Shown in pieces: positions 39,101 through 51,278 of a DNA stretch of 64,000 nucleotides. Each line of letters starts with the position of its first letter. Positions within the stretch are counted from its first letter, which is position 1. Position numbers and translations under genes: made by a program. This DNA is from Dipteris shenzhenensis (taxonomy: Eukaryota), in assembly GCA_047967505.1 (NCBI GenBank), contig CM106538.1; one strand, written 5' to 3'. The notes below the pieces were generated by a model. The model was not told the origin of the DNA. It did not search any database and saw nothing but the letters and a program-made list of their open reading frames with translations.

Positions 39101-42100
39101 AAGCTCTCTCTGCAAAAATGAGACTCTACCCTCATTATGAGCTTGATATATATTGTCTAAAATATTCCAGGTAGTTGTAGCAATCTGATAGGACTCGATA
39201 TTAGGGATAATGAACCTCTTTACATTATGAGACTATTAGCATGGTTTAGCACTCAGCAAGGGCCTTAGCGGGCCCTTTTCCTCATCCCATAGTGGCTTGT
39301 ATGAGTTACTCTATTGATTGTACTTTGTCTAATAGGCCCGCGGAGCCTCCCAAAGATGTTAATACAGCTGTCTTTCAAATCTTAAAAAAGCACCAGGTTT
39401 ACCCAAGAGATTTCGGAATCTTTCGAAACCCAGATGGTAGCTTATGCTTGGATACTGATGAGAATGTTAGCGTAGCGTTGCTTACTAAGTTATAACTATT
39501 TTTTATTTTTCTTTGTTCTCATAATTTTGTTTAAAGTTGCTTACAAATTCCCTTCTTTCCTTTGTTGGTTCGCTCGTTCTATAAAAATTTTAATGTGTAT
39601 GATTGGACATATTCTAGTCTTATGTATGCATGCATTTGTCTATTTGTTTGTGTGTGTCTATCTATCTATCTATTGGTTTCTTTTGTTTCTTTTGGGTGGG
39701 GGGGGGGGGGGGGGTTGGGATGCATGTGAATAACTTTGATGGAGACTTTGCAAGAGCTAACAATTCAACACGGAGAATTAATAAAGGTTTGTTCATACCG
39801 TTAAAAATTGAGACCGAGTACAATACCATGTGTAAAATGCGAGAAGAAAGAACCAAAATGCTTTTGCCGTTCAATGAAGAGGAAGTGAGGGATTGAGCTA
39901 CTTGCTTGATCTGTTGTTTGTCGCGGAGGGGGGCAAGAAAAGGCAGAGCGGGGAAGAAGTCGCGACAAGTTGTAAGTTGCGTGGGGGGAGGAGAAAGGCA
40001 CATGGGGGCACGAAGGGGGGAGCAGCGGCGGGAGGGTGCAATTAAGGGGGAGGTGGGGCAGGAGGTGTGACGGGGGAGACGGAGGAGGGGTGGGTGAGGC
40101 TGGAGCTTTAGGGAGCAGCCTATGATGATCTTGAGCGAACACATCCATGCCTCTTGTTTCCTCTAGAAGGTCGATGATGACACCAAGCAATAGACAATCC
40201 TGAGCCACACTGGTGGGCAAGCATAAACCTACCAAGGCCATTCCGGAGACCTTTGAGCAGGAGAGCTGAAGACAAAACAAGGCTCTTAACCTTAAAGTGG
40301 TAGGCATCAAGGATGATGATCAACCCCTTGAATAGCCAAAAAGCCCATGCATAGGACGTTCGCGATAGAGAAGTTAACATTGAAGATCCTTGGAGTGCGA
40401 AAAGATGACTCAGGCTAAGAATCAAGTTCAACGAAGAGAGAGCAAGGCACGCTCTCTAACAAAGAAAGCTCACTTGAAAAGGATCTCTGTCTATGTCAAT
40501 GAGGATCTCACGCATATGCACGTTTAGCAATGAAAAGGAAACCTCAAGAAGGTCATGGAAGCTAAAGCCAAAGATAACTCAAAAGTCTATAGAGATGGGA
40601 AAGTAAATCTAGAACTGGAGTCCCCCTTGTATGACCAATTAGGGATATGTAGTCTGTGGGCCCATAAATGTTTTATATATTGCTGCCTCGAATGGTAATG
40701 GGACTCTGTAATATGCACAAAGATAGTTTGATAAGACTTTTGAAAGAGAGGACAAAGAGACATCAACCAAGAGAGTACATGGATACCCAACGATGTCTAC
40801 ACAAAGGATAAAGACCCCCACAAAAGGAGCCTGAGAGGATAAGCAAGAGTGGCTATTTTGATTTGCTCACTCCTACAACCATACAACTTCGGACAGTCAT
40901 GACTCATAACTGAGATGAGCATGCCTGCTACATGCAGAATTATCTCAAGAGACTCTCGACTATTGTTAAGTCTCTAATAGGACTAACTAGGACTTAACCA
41001 TGCTTATAGTTCATGATCTACTCTATAACCCGTGTTTGTAGTTCAAGAGGCTACATCTACCCCTGAAAGGCAAGTCTAGCTCTCTCATACAAGGTTTGGA
41101 TCTTGGATCGTGTTGTGGACGCACGCCTGCATCCTAGCCTAGCCCAAGGCCCAGCAGCAGATTCAAGGTCTCCAGGCGCCACTTGGTGGTATGGGACACC
41201 AGGTTGGTTGGGGATCTGGTTGGGAGTTCGTGCCAGTAGCTCAGCTCGTGGCTCGGAGGGGACATCTCTTGATTCGAGTTCATTTCTCGTAGATGTCGTG
41301 GTTGGGTGGTGAGCAGCCTATTCAGATCCTCACGTTCTTGTGTTTGCTTGCAGGTCTCGATTCTTCGTAGCTTTGGGGTCGTGTCAGTATTGGAGTCCCC
41401 CTCAGAGTCGGCCTCTTTTGGTGGTGGCAGATGAGGGGGTCCCCAGATTCAGATTGGTGATAGAAGATCCAAAGTCCATCTTGGAGTGGATCCTTCTCGA
41501 GACTCTCAAGGGGGGGTGATCTACGATAGAGGTCTGAGATTTCAGAGCTAGTGCCTCCGATGCAAGGAGCATGAACACCTAGCGAGGGATTGTCCTCGAG
41601 GCTAAAGACGACCCCCTAGTCGCAAGACTGTATGCGAGAGCCCGAGGTGCACATGCAGAGTCACCTTCGCGAGCAGCAGCAGTAGTCCAATTCCCCTTGG
41701 GTGAGCCCTCCAATGGGAAGTGGACGAAAGTGGAGCATAAGAAGAAGCCAAGAAAAAAAACTCTGAAGAACCAACGAAGGAGAACCCATCTTAAAGCGAA
41801 GGCGAATGTGGAGTGTAATCACCCTCCCCCCCCGGCTCGGAAATCCCCCTCCTCACCCCTTCAGCATCCCGAGACCCATCTTAGACCGTTCATGCAGTTA
41901 GGGGCTTCTTTGTCCTCTCAAAAGCCCAGCCCAAAGGCTTCTTAGGACACGGCTCCATCTCAGCAAAGCCCCCCCCCCCCCCCCCCTGGTGCTTCTTTCA
42001 CCTTAGCCTCTAGATGGGCCTCAGGGGGAAGTGGCTCGTTCTCCCTGTCCTTAGCTCACCAACTCCAGCTTGGGCACCCTCTTTCGAGAGATTTCTGGAT

Positions 42101-45100
42101 GTTGGGGCTTTGGAATTACCTAGAGATCCTAGATTCCTATCCTTTTTCACCGGAGGTGACGCTTCTAGTCTTGAAGCCTCAGAAAGGGGGTTCGATCAGT
42201 GTAGTGGGCTCCCATACGCATCCAGCTTGGAGGTTGTAGTTTGCTTCCACAGGGGTGGAGAAGTGGACTCCAACACTGTTTGACGCCATGCTGGGTGATC
42301 AGTTATCGTGCATGATGGACGAGTAGATGGTTCTGTAGGGATTGGATTTATGGCTTGCCCATGGTGCTGAAGTTAATTTTCAGATGGGCTTCGGGCAAGA
42401 GAAGCCGGTTTGTGTTTAGGCAGTAGGATTGATCAAATTGCCACCCGAGGCAAAGCTTGATCAGTCACACTATTGACCACTTTTCTTGGAACAAGCTCCC
42501 ACTATAGGCAAGCCTTGTTTTCTACTTTCCCTTCCCCATGAGGTGGACCATGGTGAGTTAGAACGTGTAGGGGCTCCACGATCATGCTCATAGTCAGCCA
42601 CAGTACTCGATATTTTGCCAGAGTTGCAGAGGCTAGTGGTTGGTTGGACAATGGATTTTCTTTTGATTTAGGAGCATATATTCTCAATGGTGGACATCGG
42701 ACACCATCTTGACCTCTTGCCAGGCAGAGGCTTAGAGATTTGGTCCCCAACAGTAGGCAAGAGTAGAGGGGTCTGCATCTAGGTATATTGCAAGCAGTTG
42801 GCCCTGAGGTTTTTGATCAGGGGGAGCTCATTGCAAGTTATGCAGTTTGGATGGGAGTCCGAGCAGGTGAGTCGAGGATTGGAATCCTGAACGTATACGC
42901 ACCTACTAGTCGTTAGCACCACCCTGCTTTTTGGAGGCAATTTTTCGAGTGCCTCCCGGAGGTGGACTCTTGGATTGTTGGAGGAGACTTAAACAATCTA
43001 GAGCATGGGGAGGAGAAGCAAGGTGGTGCTTCCTTCTCCGAGGTGCCTGCAGCAAGGAGTAGTTCATCTTTGCGGTCAGAGGGAGGAACCCTTGGTGAGA
43101 GGTAGAGCTCACAAGGGCCTCAGGTAGCTTGCAATTTTCTTTTGGTTAGTGGAGACATGGGCTGCTTGAGCGCCTAGATAGATTCTACGTAGGGGACTTG
43201 GCGTTGCACAGGGGAGATCCTTTAGCTTTCTATCGGCAGCTGTTTCATGCAGAGATGGTGTTCCCTGAGATGCTTATAGCATGTTCCTACAGTGGTCATG
43301 CCAAGTTTGAGCAGATCTTTGGAGGCCCTCAAGGCTCAAGGCCCTCCCCCCTCAGAAGTGCCCAGGGGAAGATAGCCTGACCTCGACTTTCTTCTTGAGC
43401 TTTTGGGAGCATATTAGTACACCTTTTTGGCTAGCCTGTTAGGAGATCCTTGACTCTGGCTCACTCCCGTAGTCCATGAGTCAAGGCTGGATATGCTTGA
43501 TCCCGAAAGGGGGAGATAGATCAGACATTCGCCAATGGAGACCGATCACGCTTTTGGATATTGCATACAAGGCCCTGGCCAAGGTCTTGAGCTCATTATG
43601 ACACGTAGACAGGTTTTGTTTAGGAGAGGAGCATCCTGGACAACATTTTCACTTTTTGGGAGGCGGTGGATTGGGCCAGGGAGGAGTCACACAGCCTCTT
43701 GCGATTCTTCTCTTGGATTTCGAGAACGCTTATGACAAGGTGGAGTGGAGGCTAGGCTTCACAGACATATGGATTAGAGGGGTGTTGGCTCTTTACGCGG
43801 GGAGCTCCAGTTAGGTGATCATTGGCGGACACACGGGTGAGACCTGTCCCCTCGCCCACTCTCTCTTCCTCTTTGCAGCGGAGGCTTTTGGCTACTTCCT
43901 TCGCCTCAGACAACTGGGCTCATGGGGATGCGGCTTCCCATAAGAGAGAGGAGTTGCTAGACTCGGAGTTCGCTGACGACATAGCCTTGTTTGTCGAGGG
44001 TACCATAGCGAGTCTAGAGGCGGTTAGGGGAGCTCTAGCGATATACTGAGAGGCTCCGGGGGCTTGAATCAACTGGGTCCAAATCGATTGGTTTCTTCAC
44101 GGGCGCAGAGAAGGTCTAGGAGGTTTGCGTTTGGGGTTCGTCTTTTGGCTTCGGTGAATTTCGCATGGGTAGATTGTGAGATACCTTGGTTGCCAGGTTG
44201 GGATTGATATCTCAGCGGAGTAGTCGATCACCTCGGTGCTGGAGAGTGTGCGGTGTAAGTTCTTATATTGGAGCTCAACCAAACTCTCTCGCTGAAAGAG
44301 CGTTGGTGGTCAACCAAGTCCTCCTTGCTACGGCTTGGTACATAGCCTCTTGTTGGTGCTTCCACCGGGGATGTATATGGGGCAGGTGAGATACTTGGTG
44401 CGGAACTTCCTCTCGGCAGGATAGGATGGCATGCGGAACACTAGAGCCAGAGTCGCCTGGCCGATGGTGATTCAGCCTTAGTCATAAGGAAGACTAGGTA
44501 TCATTGATCCGGAGATGCAGAGTAGAGCCCTCTTGGGAAAGTTGGTTGTACGAGGTCTCACCCTAGGCATGGAGCCTTGGAAGCTCCTCCTTTAGCGTGG
44601 GAACACTCCCCCCACCAGTGGGCAATGGCAGCAGTCGCAGATGGATTTTTTCAGAGGCTCCTCTCACAGGGAAGGATTTCCCTTTGATGAGGAGCCTTTT
44701 TAGAGTGTGGTAGCGGCTCTTGAGTGGACTCATTCAGGCTAGCGCATCATGCAGGGAGGAGTTTGAGTGTCAGCCACTTATTTGGCATCCAGATGTCTGA
44801 GATGCGGAGGGACGTATGTTAGGACAGAGGACATACATTGAATGGGCACAGTGGGACAGTGGCCTACGAGGTCTTTCGGACCTTGGAGATGGCTTCCTCG
44901 CGAGGTGCTAGCCAGGACACATGCGCTTTCTCACATGAGAGGGGAGGGCACTAGAACGACAGAGATTGAGGCAGCGATACCGGCCTCTTGCTGGGAGGGC
45001 CTACGCTTGCCCTGGACTCCGCATTGTTGGGACGGGCAGTTCTCAAGGACAGGGGTACCCCTCAGAGTCCGCTTCTATTGGGACACTCTCGTTTCCTTCC

Positions 45101-46839
45101 GCCGTTGTTTCTATAGGCTGGAACCAAGTGGCCTTTTACAAGCGGAGTTAGAGAGTGATGGCGGGGATGTGGATGCTTGTGGGGGATGGAGTGGTAGCGG
45201 ATCAGAGTAGTAGGCCAACTAGGCAAGGCCGGGCAAATTGACGCGGACACAATTTTCTCGGGGCCAGAGGGAACAGCGCGGTGCCTTTGGCTCTGGAAGG
45301 GCTGGCCTCTTCGTGACTTGCAGTGTGTCCTAGGGGAGTGGTTCTAGCTGGCGCGGGTAAGAGAGTTAGACAGTTGGAGCAGGTGTCTTTCTTCTCTTAC
45401 ACGACTCGCATTGATCGTCGGATCCAGTCTTGTCGAGAAAGCGACACTAGGTAGAGCAGGATGTTCCTAGGGAGGTCATCTCACATTTCTAGCCTAAGAC
45501 CACGGAAGATCCCCTATTTTTTCTGGTTGATGGCTCATGGAGGATTGCCCATCAGCCCCTGGTTAGAGCAGATGCAAGTCGATGGCAGATGCGTTTGTTG
45601 TGTAGAGGGCGTGCTGGAGATGATCCCCCACTGCATGTGGGGCTGCGTAGCTTCTCAAAGGATTTGGCTTGCATCTTTTTAGATAGTGGCCAATACACGA
45701 CAGATGCAGAGGGACTTCACTTGGATGGTAGCATGGCTCACAGAGGGTGGACACGCTCTTTCCATCGACCCAGTGTCGCCAGCTTACAGGATCCATGGCC
45801 AGCAGGTCTCTTGGATAGAGGCCTATGATGCAGTTCCACCGTGACTCTCATGCCCCTCTTTCTCACCTGAGGACAGGGTTTGGGAGAACGGTGGCCAGCA
45901 TTACCACCTGGAACATTTGGGTTGCTCGTTCAGTCAGGTGATGGGGGGATAGACGACGATTTTGGCAGCCACCTTAGTGGCCTTTGCAGCTAGCTTTCAT
46001 TTTCAGCACGGCTGGATAGCTGATGTATCTTTTCTTCGCATTTCATAGATGGTTCTTCTATTTGGAAAAGTTTATGCATCAAATTGAGGCCTAAAGTACA
46101 CCTTCTTGTTGTATCACCACTCCCCCCAAGCTCCCCCTAAGATGGAAGATTCAGCCTTGAGTTTTAATCAGATCCTCCTAATTTTACGTCAAATTGGACA
46201 GTTTTGTCACTTGTGTGACAGAAATCCAAAGTTCTTTCAATGTTGTTGGAACCTTGGTCCAATTTTGATGCTGATTTCGTTATCTTTAGCTCCTTGCCAT
46301 TTGGCATCTCTTCAAGTTGAATTTGAGGGGTTTATGAGGGACAGGGACGGCTACTTGTGAAGGATTTGAGGGGAGAGGGCAGTTTGGCTTGGCTTGAGAT
46401 TTATATGTATCCTTAAAATATCGTGGACCACCATGCAACATTGTTAGCTAGTGCACTGTTGTGTGAAGTACCAAGATTCATTGATAGAGAAACGATCATA
46501 TGCAGATTTGTGCTTAGTTGAGAAAGAGTGGGACGTAGGTGACATGTCATCCTACACCTACATTTTTCTCCTTTCTTTCTTGTCATTGTTCTCACAGACG
46601 AGGCAAAATCAAACTTCCTTTAAAACTGCCATTCTAGTAATCAATCCTTTCAACTCTTTTTTGAGGGAGCTATTTTCTGCCTTTAGGTGTAGCATCATCT
46701 CTCTGCATATCCTCCATCTGTATTTGAAGTGCATCCAACAGTTGATGGGTGATTTTGTGCTGCATCATGTATTAGTTCAACTTCTGTTGGTCTTTTCTTC
46801 ATATCTTGCATGTCCATTTCATGCTATCGATGTTCTTGC

Positions 46840-46881
<42 letters not shown>

Positions 46882-49800
46882 TATTAACGTCCACGGGAGA
46901 CCTCGCGGGCCTATGGGACAAAGTGCACAGAAAAGCGAACTCATACAAGCCTCAGTGGGCTGAAGCAAAGGGTACGCTAGGACCCTTGCTGAGTACTACT
47001 AAGTACTAGTCTATTCTAACAGAATCATAATCATAATCATAATCATAATCATAATCATATCAATCAATCTATCCAAGCGCTGGGACGAAACTGAAGCCTG
47101 GTACAGTGATGGCTCTCCGGTGGGCTGCAAAAATGTCTCGTATCTACGTCTGTTGAGTTGTCTCGCGCTACGGTGGGGGGCACGGTCTCCTCGCTCTCTG
47201 GACTCTCTGGGCTATGTCTAGAGTGACCCCTCGTCTCTATCGGTCTCCCCTGAGGAAAGCTGTGATAGGTCGGACCTCAATAGAGTGTACTCTAGGGGCT
47301 CTTTGTCGCACATGTGATCTCTACGCCCCTCTCTCGGTGGTATTGTGCCTGTTGCTCATCCAGACTTCTCTCATATCGGCTAGCTCCTCTTCCTCCACTC
47401 CACTGTGTCTAGGAGCTGACGTGCGGCTGTGCCCAATCACCCTCTATGTCCTGTAGTGGTCTGACCATCCCCTGTTGCTCTTTGATTTGTCGTAGAGGCA
47501 CCTCCGTGTGTTTTTTATCTCCATCAGATGGCATGGACCTTGCCTTTGACTGACTCATATAAGCTCATCACACCCCAAATCAGCATCTCTAGGATCTGCA
47601 TCTCCTGTAGTCTCCTGATCATGCGGGATCGTGAAACAGTGTTGAAGGCTTTTCGAAAGTCTACGAAGCATGTGTAGACTCTCTGATGTCTGGACCTCGC
47701 CTCCTCAATGATAGCCCTCAGAGTGAAGATGTGGTCTAGAGTAGAGTGCTGTCTCCTGAATCTTGCCTGCCCTAGTGCTCATTGCCCTCGTGCCTCTGTA
47801 TGACTGTTTATCTCTCTCTCTAGTACCGATCCATAGATCTTGGCCTATGTGTGGCCAATCATGAGGGTGCGATAGTTCCCGGTGTCCATGAGGTCTCCTA
47901 CTTTGTGTATTGGTACGATAGTAGTGGTGCTCCATGCTGGTGGGAAGCCGTGACAAGGTGCAAGGTTAAACATATGTGCAAGGATCGGTGCTAGGACCTC
48001 CTGCCCATGTGCGAAGTGCTCTGGTCGAAGGCCTTCGTGATCCTGTGCTTTTCGGTTGTGGAGTCGGTGAAGTGCAGCCCGCACATTCTGTGTTTAGATG
48101 CTCGTTGGGGAGAGACTAAAATGAAAATGTTTAGACTTCACAAGCAGTTGTACCTTTTGATTAGCCTTCTCCTTTAGTGCTAGCCTTCATCATGGCTGAG
48201 TCAGCCCTTCACCTCCGGAGTGCCGACAGAAACTCAGTACGAAGACTTTGTATAAATGGATGCTCAAGTATGTGTGGGTGTGTGGATTTGTATGTGTGAG
48301 AACATATTTTTATACTATGGTCTACACCCAGTGTTGGGCGCTGATGACGTCAGTGGGGATGTCATAGTAGCTAGTCCCTGCTATGCATGATGGAGTTTAT
48401 GGTTTTTCAACCTTGTGAGTGACTATCATGAGATTGAAACTGCACTATGTTGTGTTTTTAGAGGATGAGTTTAGGAATGTTCCTGGATTCATCTAGGTAT
48501 ATAATAGATGACAGGTAGTGGGCCTGGGCATAGAGGACATGTCTGCCGGTGTCTGCCTCGGGACATCATATAAGGAGCATGCATAAGTGTGCCACACGCC
48601 CGGATCCGTGATGGGGATGGGTAGGTTTCCCTCCGAGAGGAATCCCCACCCTGTGGTTGGGTCTCCTTCGTGAAATGATCTGATGATCTCATCCATTCTA
48701 TGTGTGAGGAAGGCTCGTCTCTTGCAGCGTGTCAACCGCTGAAAGATCTTGTGTGCCTCATGTGACGTCAACTGACCCAAGGCTCGCTCCCGTGTGAGGT
48801 GGGCTCGCATCATTCATAATCAAACCAAGGGGTTTGAGGTATCTTCCCATCTCGTACCCGTGAAGATTGGGTCGTAGGAAAGGATCTGGTGGCAACATCC
48901 TGTATCAATGTGACAAGGGTGGTTGAGGCGTGGGCGAGGTCTAAATCAACCTCCACTAAGGTCGGAAGCTCTCTGGCTAAGTGACACACATACACTGGAT
49001 CAAGGGCACGGTCAAAGTGGGTCTGGGTCCGGGTAGTAGTAGGAACTCTTCTTGTGCCTGGTGTAGTAGCAAGAACATCGAAGGCCAGATATGAGTGGTT
49101 GGCTCCAAGTGGGGGGGGGGGTATGGTGAGGTCTTGTATCTGTGTGACAAAAGCCAATGGGCCCAGTAGGTAGTCCACTGTGCTGGTCCCGCCTCCATGT
49201 GGGAAGCACGTGAACCCCACAGATGATGGCCATCTCTGAAGGCTATTGTAGATGATGAGGTCATGGACAGCTCCCAACTCAAGCAGGTGTTGCCCGTATG
49301 TTGTCACATGTGAAGTATCTGCTGAAAGTCTTCGAATCCCATGTTCTGCTGCATCTAACTCTGGCATCATGTGGGGGTCTCTCTCATATGTGAAGTCAAG
49401 TAAGCCCACTTGCTTATCCCCGGTCCTTGCATTGAAATCCCCCAGAAGGAGGGTGTCTCCCTCTCTGGAGAACTCTATGATATCATCATGTATCGTCTCA
49501 TAAGGACTATGCCCCTCTGTAGTGACATTATGGGCATATGATGACGTGTGTGGAGGGAAATAACATATTGCAATGAAGATCGATCGGGCATCTAGTAGTT
49601 GCACTCGTATCCACATGTGATGTGCATGTTCCTCTCTCCGTACTATAGATATGAGTGGTCTCAAGTGTGTTTTGAAAAGGACAGCTACACCTCCAGAGCC
49701 TCATACTCCACTATCTCTGCTCATTTCTCTCCTATGAATAGACTCCCAAATGTACCTTGTCATCGTGGGCAGCCCTCTCTTGGGCTCTCATCTGTCTCAG

Positions 49801-49885
49801 TGTAGAAGATGATGTCTTTGCCTGTGTATGTCTCTGAGAAGCCACCTGGGTCGGACCAAAGGGTACCATCACAGTTCCATACAGC

Positions 49886-49936
<51 letters not shown>

Positions 49937-50987
49937 ATTAACGTCCGCGGAAGGCCTCGCGGGCCTATGGGACAAGGTACAAAGTACACGAAAAAGGATG
50001 TTCTCATATAAGCCTCAGTGGGTTAGAGCGAAGGGCGCGCTAAGGCCCTTGTTGAGTGCTACGACTGCTAAACTAATAAACTGAAAAACTCTACAGAGCT
50101 CAATAGCTTGAGCAAAATCAGATATAACCCAAAGACTAGCAATTATCTGAGAGCTGAAGTATGCTGAGAGTTGAGACTTAGGCTCAAGATCAAAAGCCAA
50201 AGCCCGGCACTGTGGTGGCTTGTCTATGAGTGGCAAAAATGTCTCGGATCTGCGTCTGTCGGGTGGTCTCATGCTGTGGTGGCGGAGGAGGTGTTCTCCT
50301 TGATCTCTGAACTTGCTGGGCTATGTTTAGAGTGACCCCTCGTCTTGAGTAGTCTCCTGCTATGATAGGATGGACCTCAATAGAGTGTGCTCTGGTCACA
50401 CTCCGTGTCGCAGGTGGTCTCTGCATCCCTCTCTCAGCAATCTAGGCTGTCCACATGTCAGCTATCTCCTCCACCTCCATCGTGGAGCTGACTCAAATGC
50501 ATAGAAGTCTGTGATGTGTCGCTGTGCTCTATCAGTCTCTCTGTCCTGTGGTTTGATGATTGATCGCATCCTGCTGCGCTCTGATTTGTTGTAGTAGGGT
50601 CTCCTTGTGTTGGCGCATCTCAAGTAGATATAGGCCAATGCAGACCTGGTCTTGGAAGTGGATCAATCGTGAGAGTGGACCAAAGCCGCTCCCCTCCTGG
50701 TAGAGGCAATGGTATCATCTCGTATCTCATAATAGGTTGGGCAGGCACATAGGAAATGCTCCTTTGTGTGAGTCACTCATAATGTGCAAAGCATACATAT
50801 CCGCTGCTCCCTAGGTATGCGGCATGCCTACTGCTCTCCCAGTCTTGATCCTCAATTGATGGGATGAAACGCGCATCTGTCCAGACTCCAATGGCAATCC
50901 TCAGTGCATGCGAGACTCTTGTGTGCTCAAGATACTAGGCCTCCGATACTCTGAGGAAGTGTTTTGGTAGAACAAGGGGGGGGGGGG

Positions 50988-51043
<56 letters not shown>

Positions 51044-51235
51044 GATGATATGATGATGGTACGTTTTTATTGTCCACTGAAGATCAAATGGGACGAGGAA
51101 AAACATTCATGGCCTTGATAAGAAAGCAATTTTTAATGTTTGCAGGAGACTTTTTTTGTACATCAACTAAAAGCTGATGGCCTCTTCAGTTTCTGTGTGC
51201 TTTGTGTGCTTCCCTTACTTTCTCTAGTTTGAGAG

Positions 51236-51278
<43 letters not shown>

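Larger units (their letters stand above)
21596..39230 (-). mobile_element. Old fragmented Ty1/Copia (pieces ~21596-24474 and 36249-39230) hosting later insertions
   Basis: RNaseH KHIEIHYH...ADLFTKAL (21596-21859), [16 protein letters not shown] (23870), integrase [16 protein letters not shown] (36532-36750), gag [20 protein letters not shown] (38910-38980); [13 protein letters not shown] is restored across the ATTGT TSD. Confidence 0.85.

Noticed and set aside
48338-48380. Hammerhead core CTGATGA in family B
   Set aside because: No appropriately placed GAAA or stem II, and the downstream segment is deleted in the 57309 copy
48485-48504. Helitron 3' end (CTAG) for families A and B
   Set aside because: CTAG is not terminal, and the copies have variable-length TSDs, which Helitrons do not make
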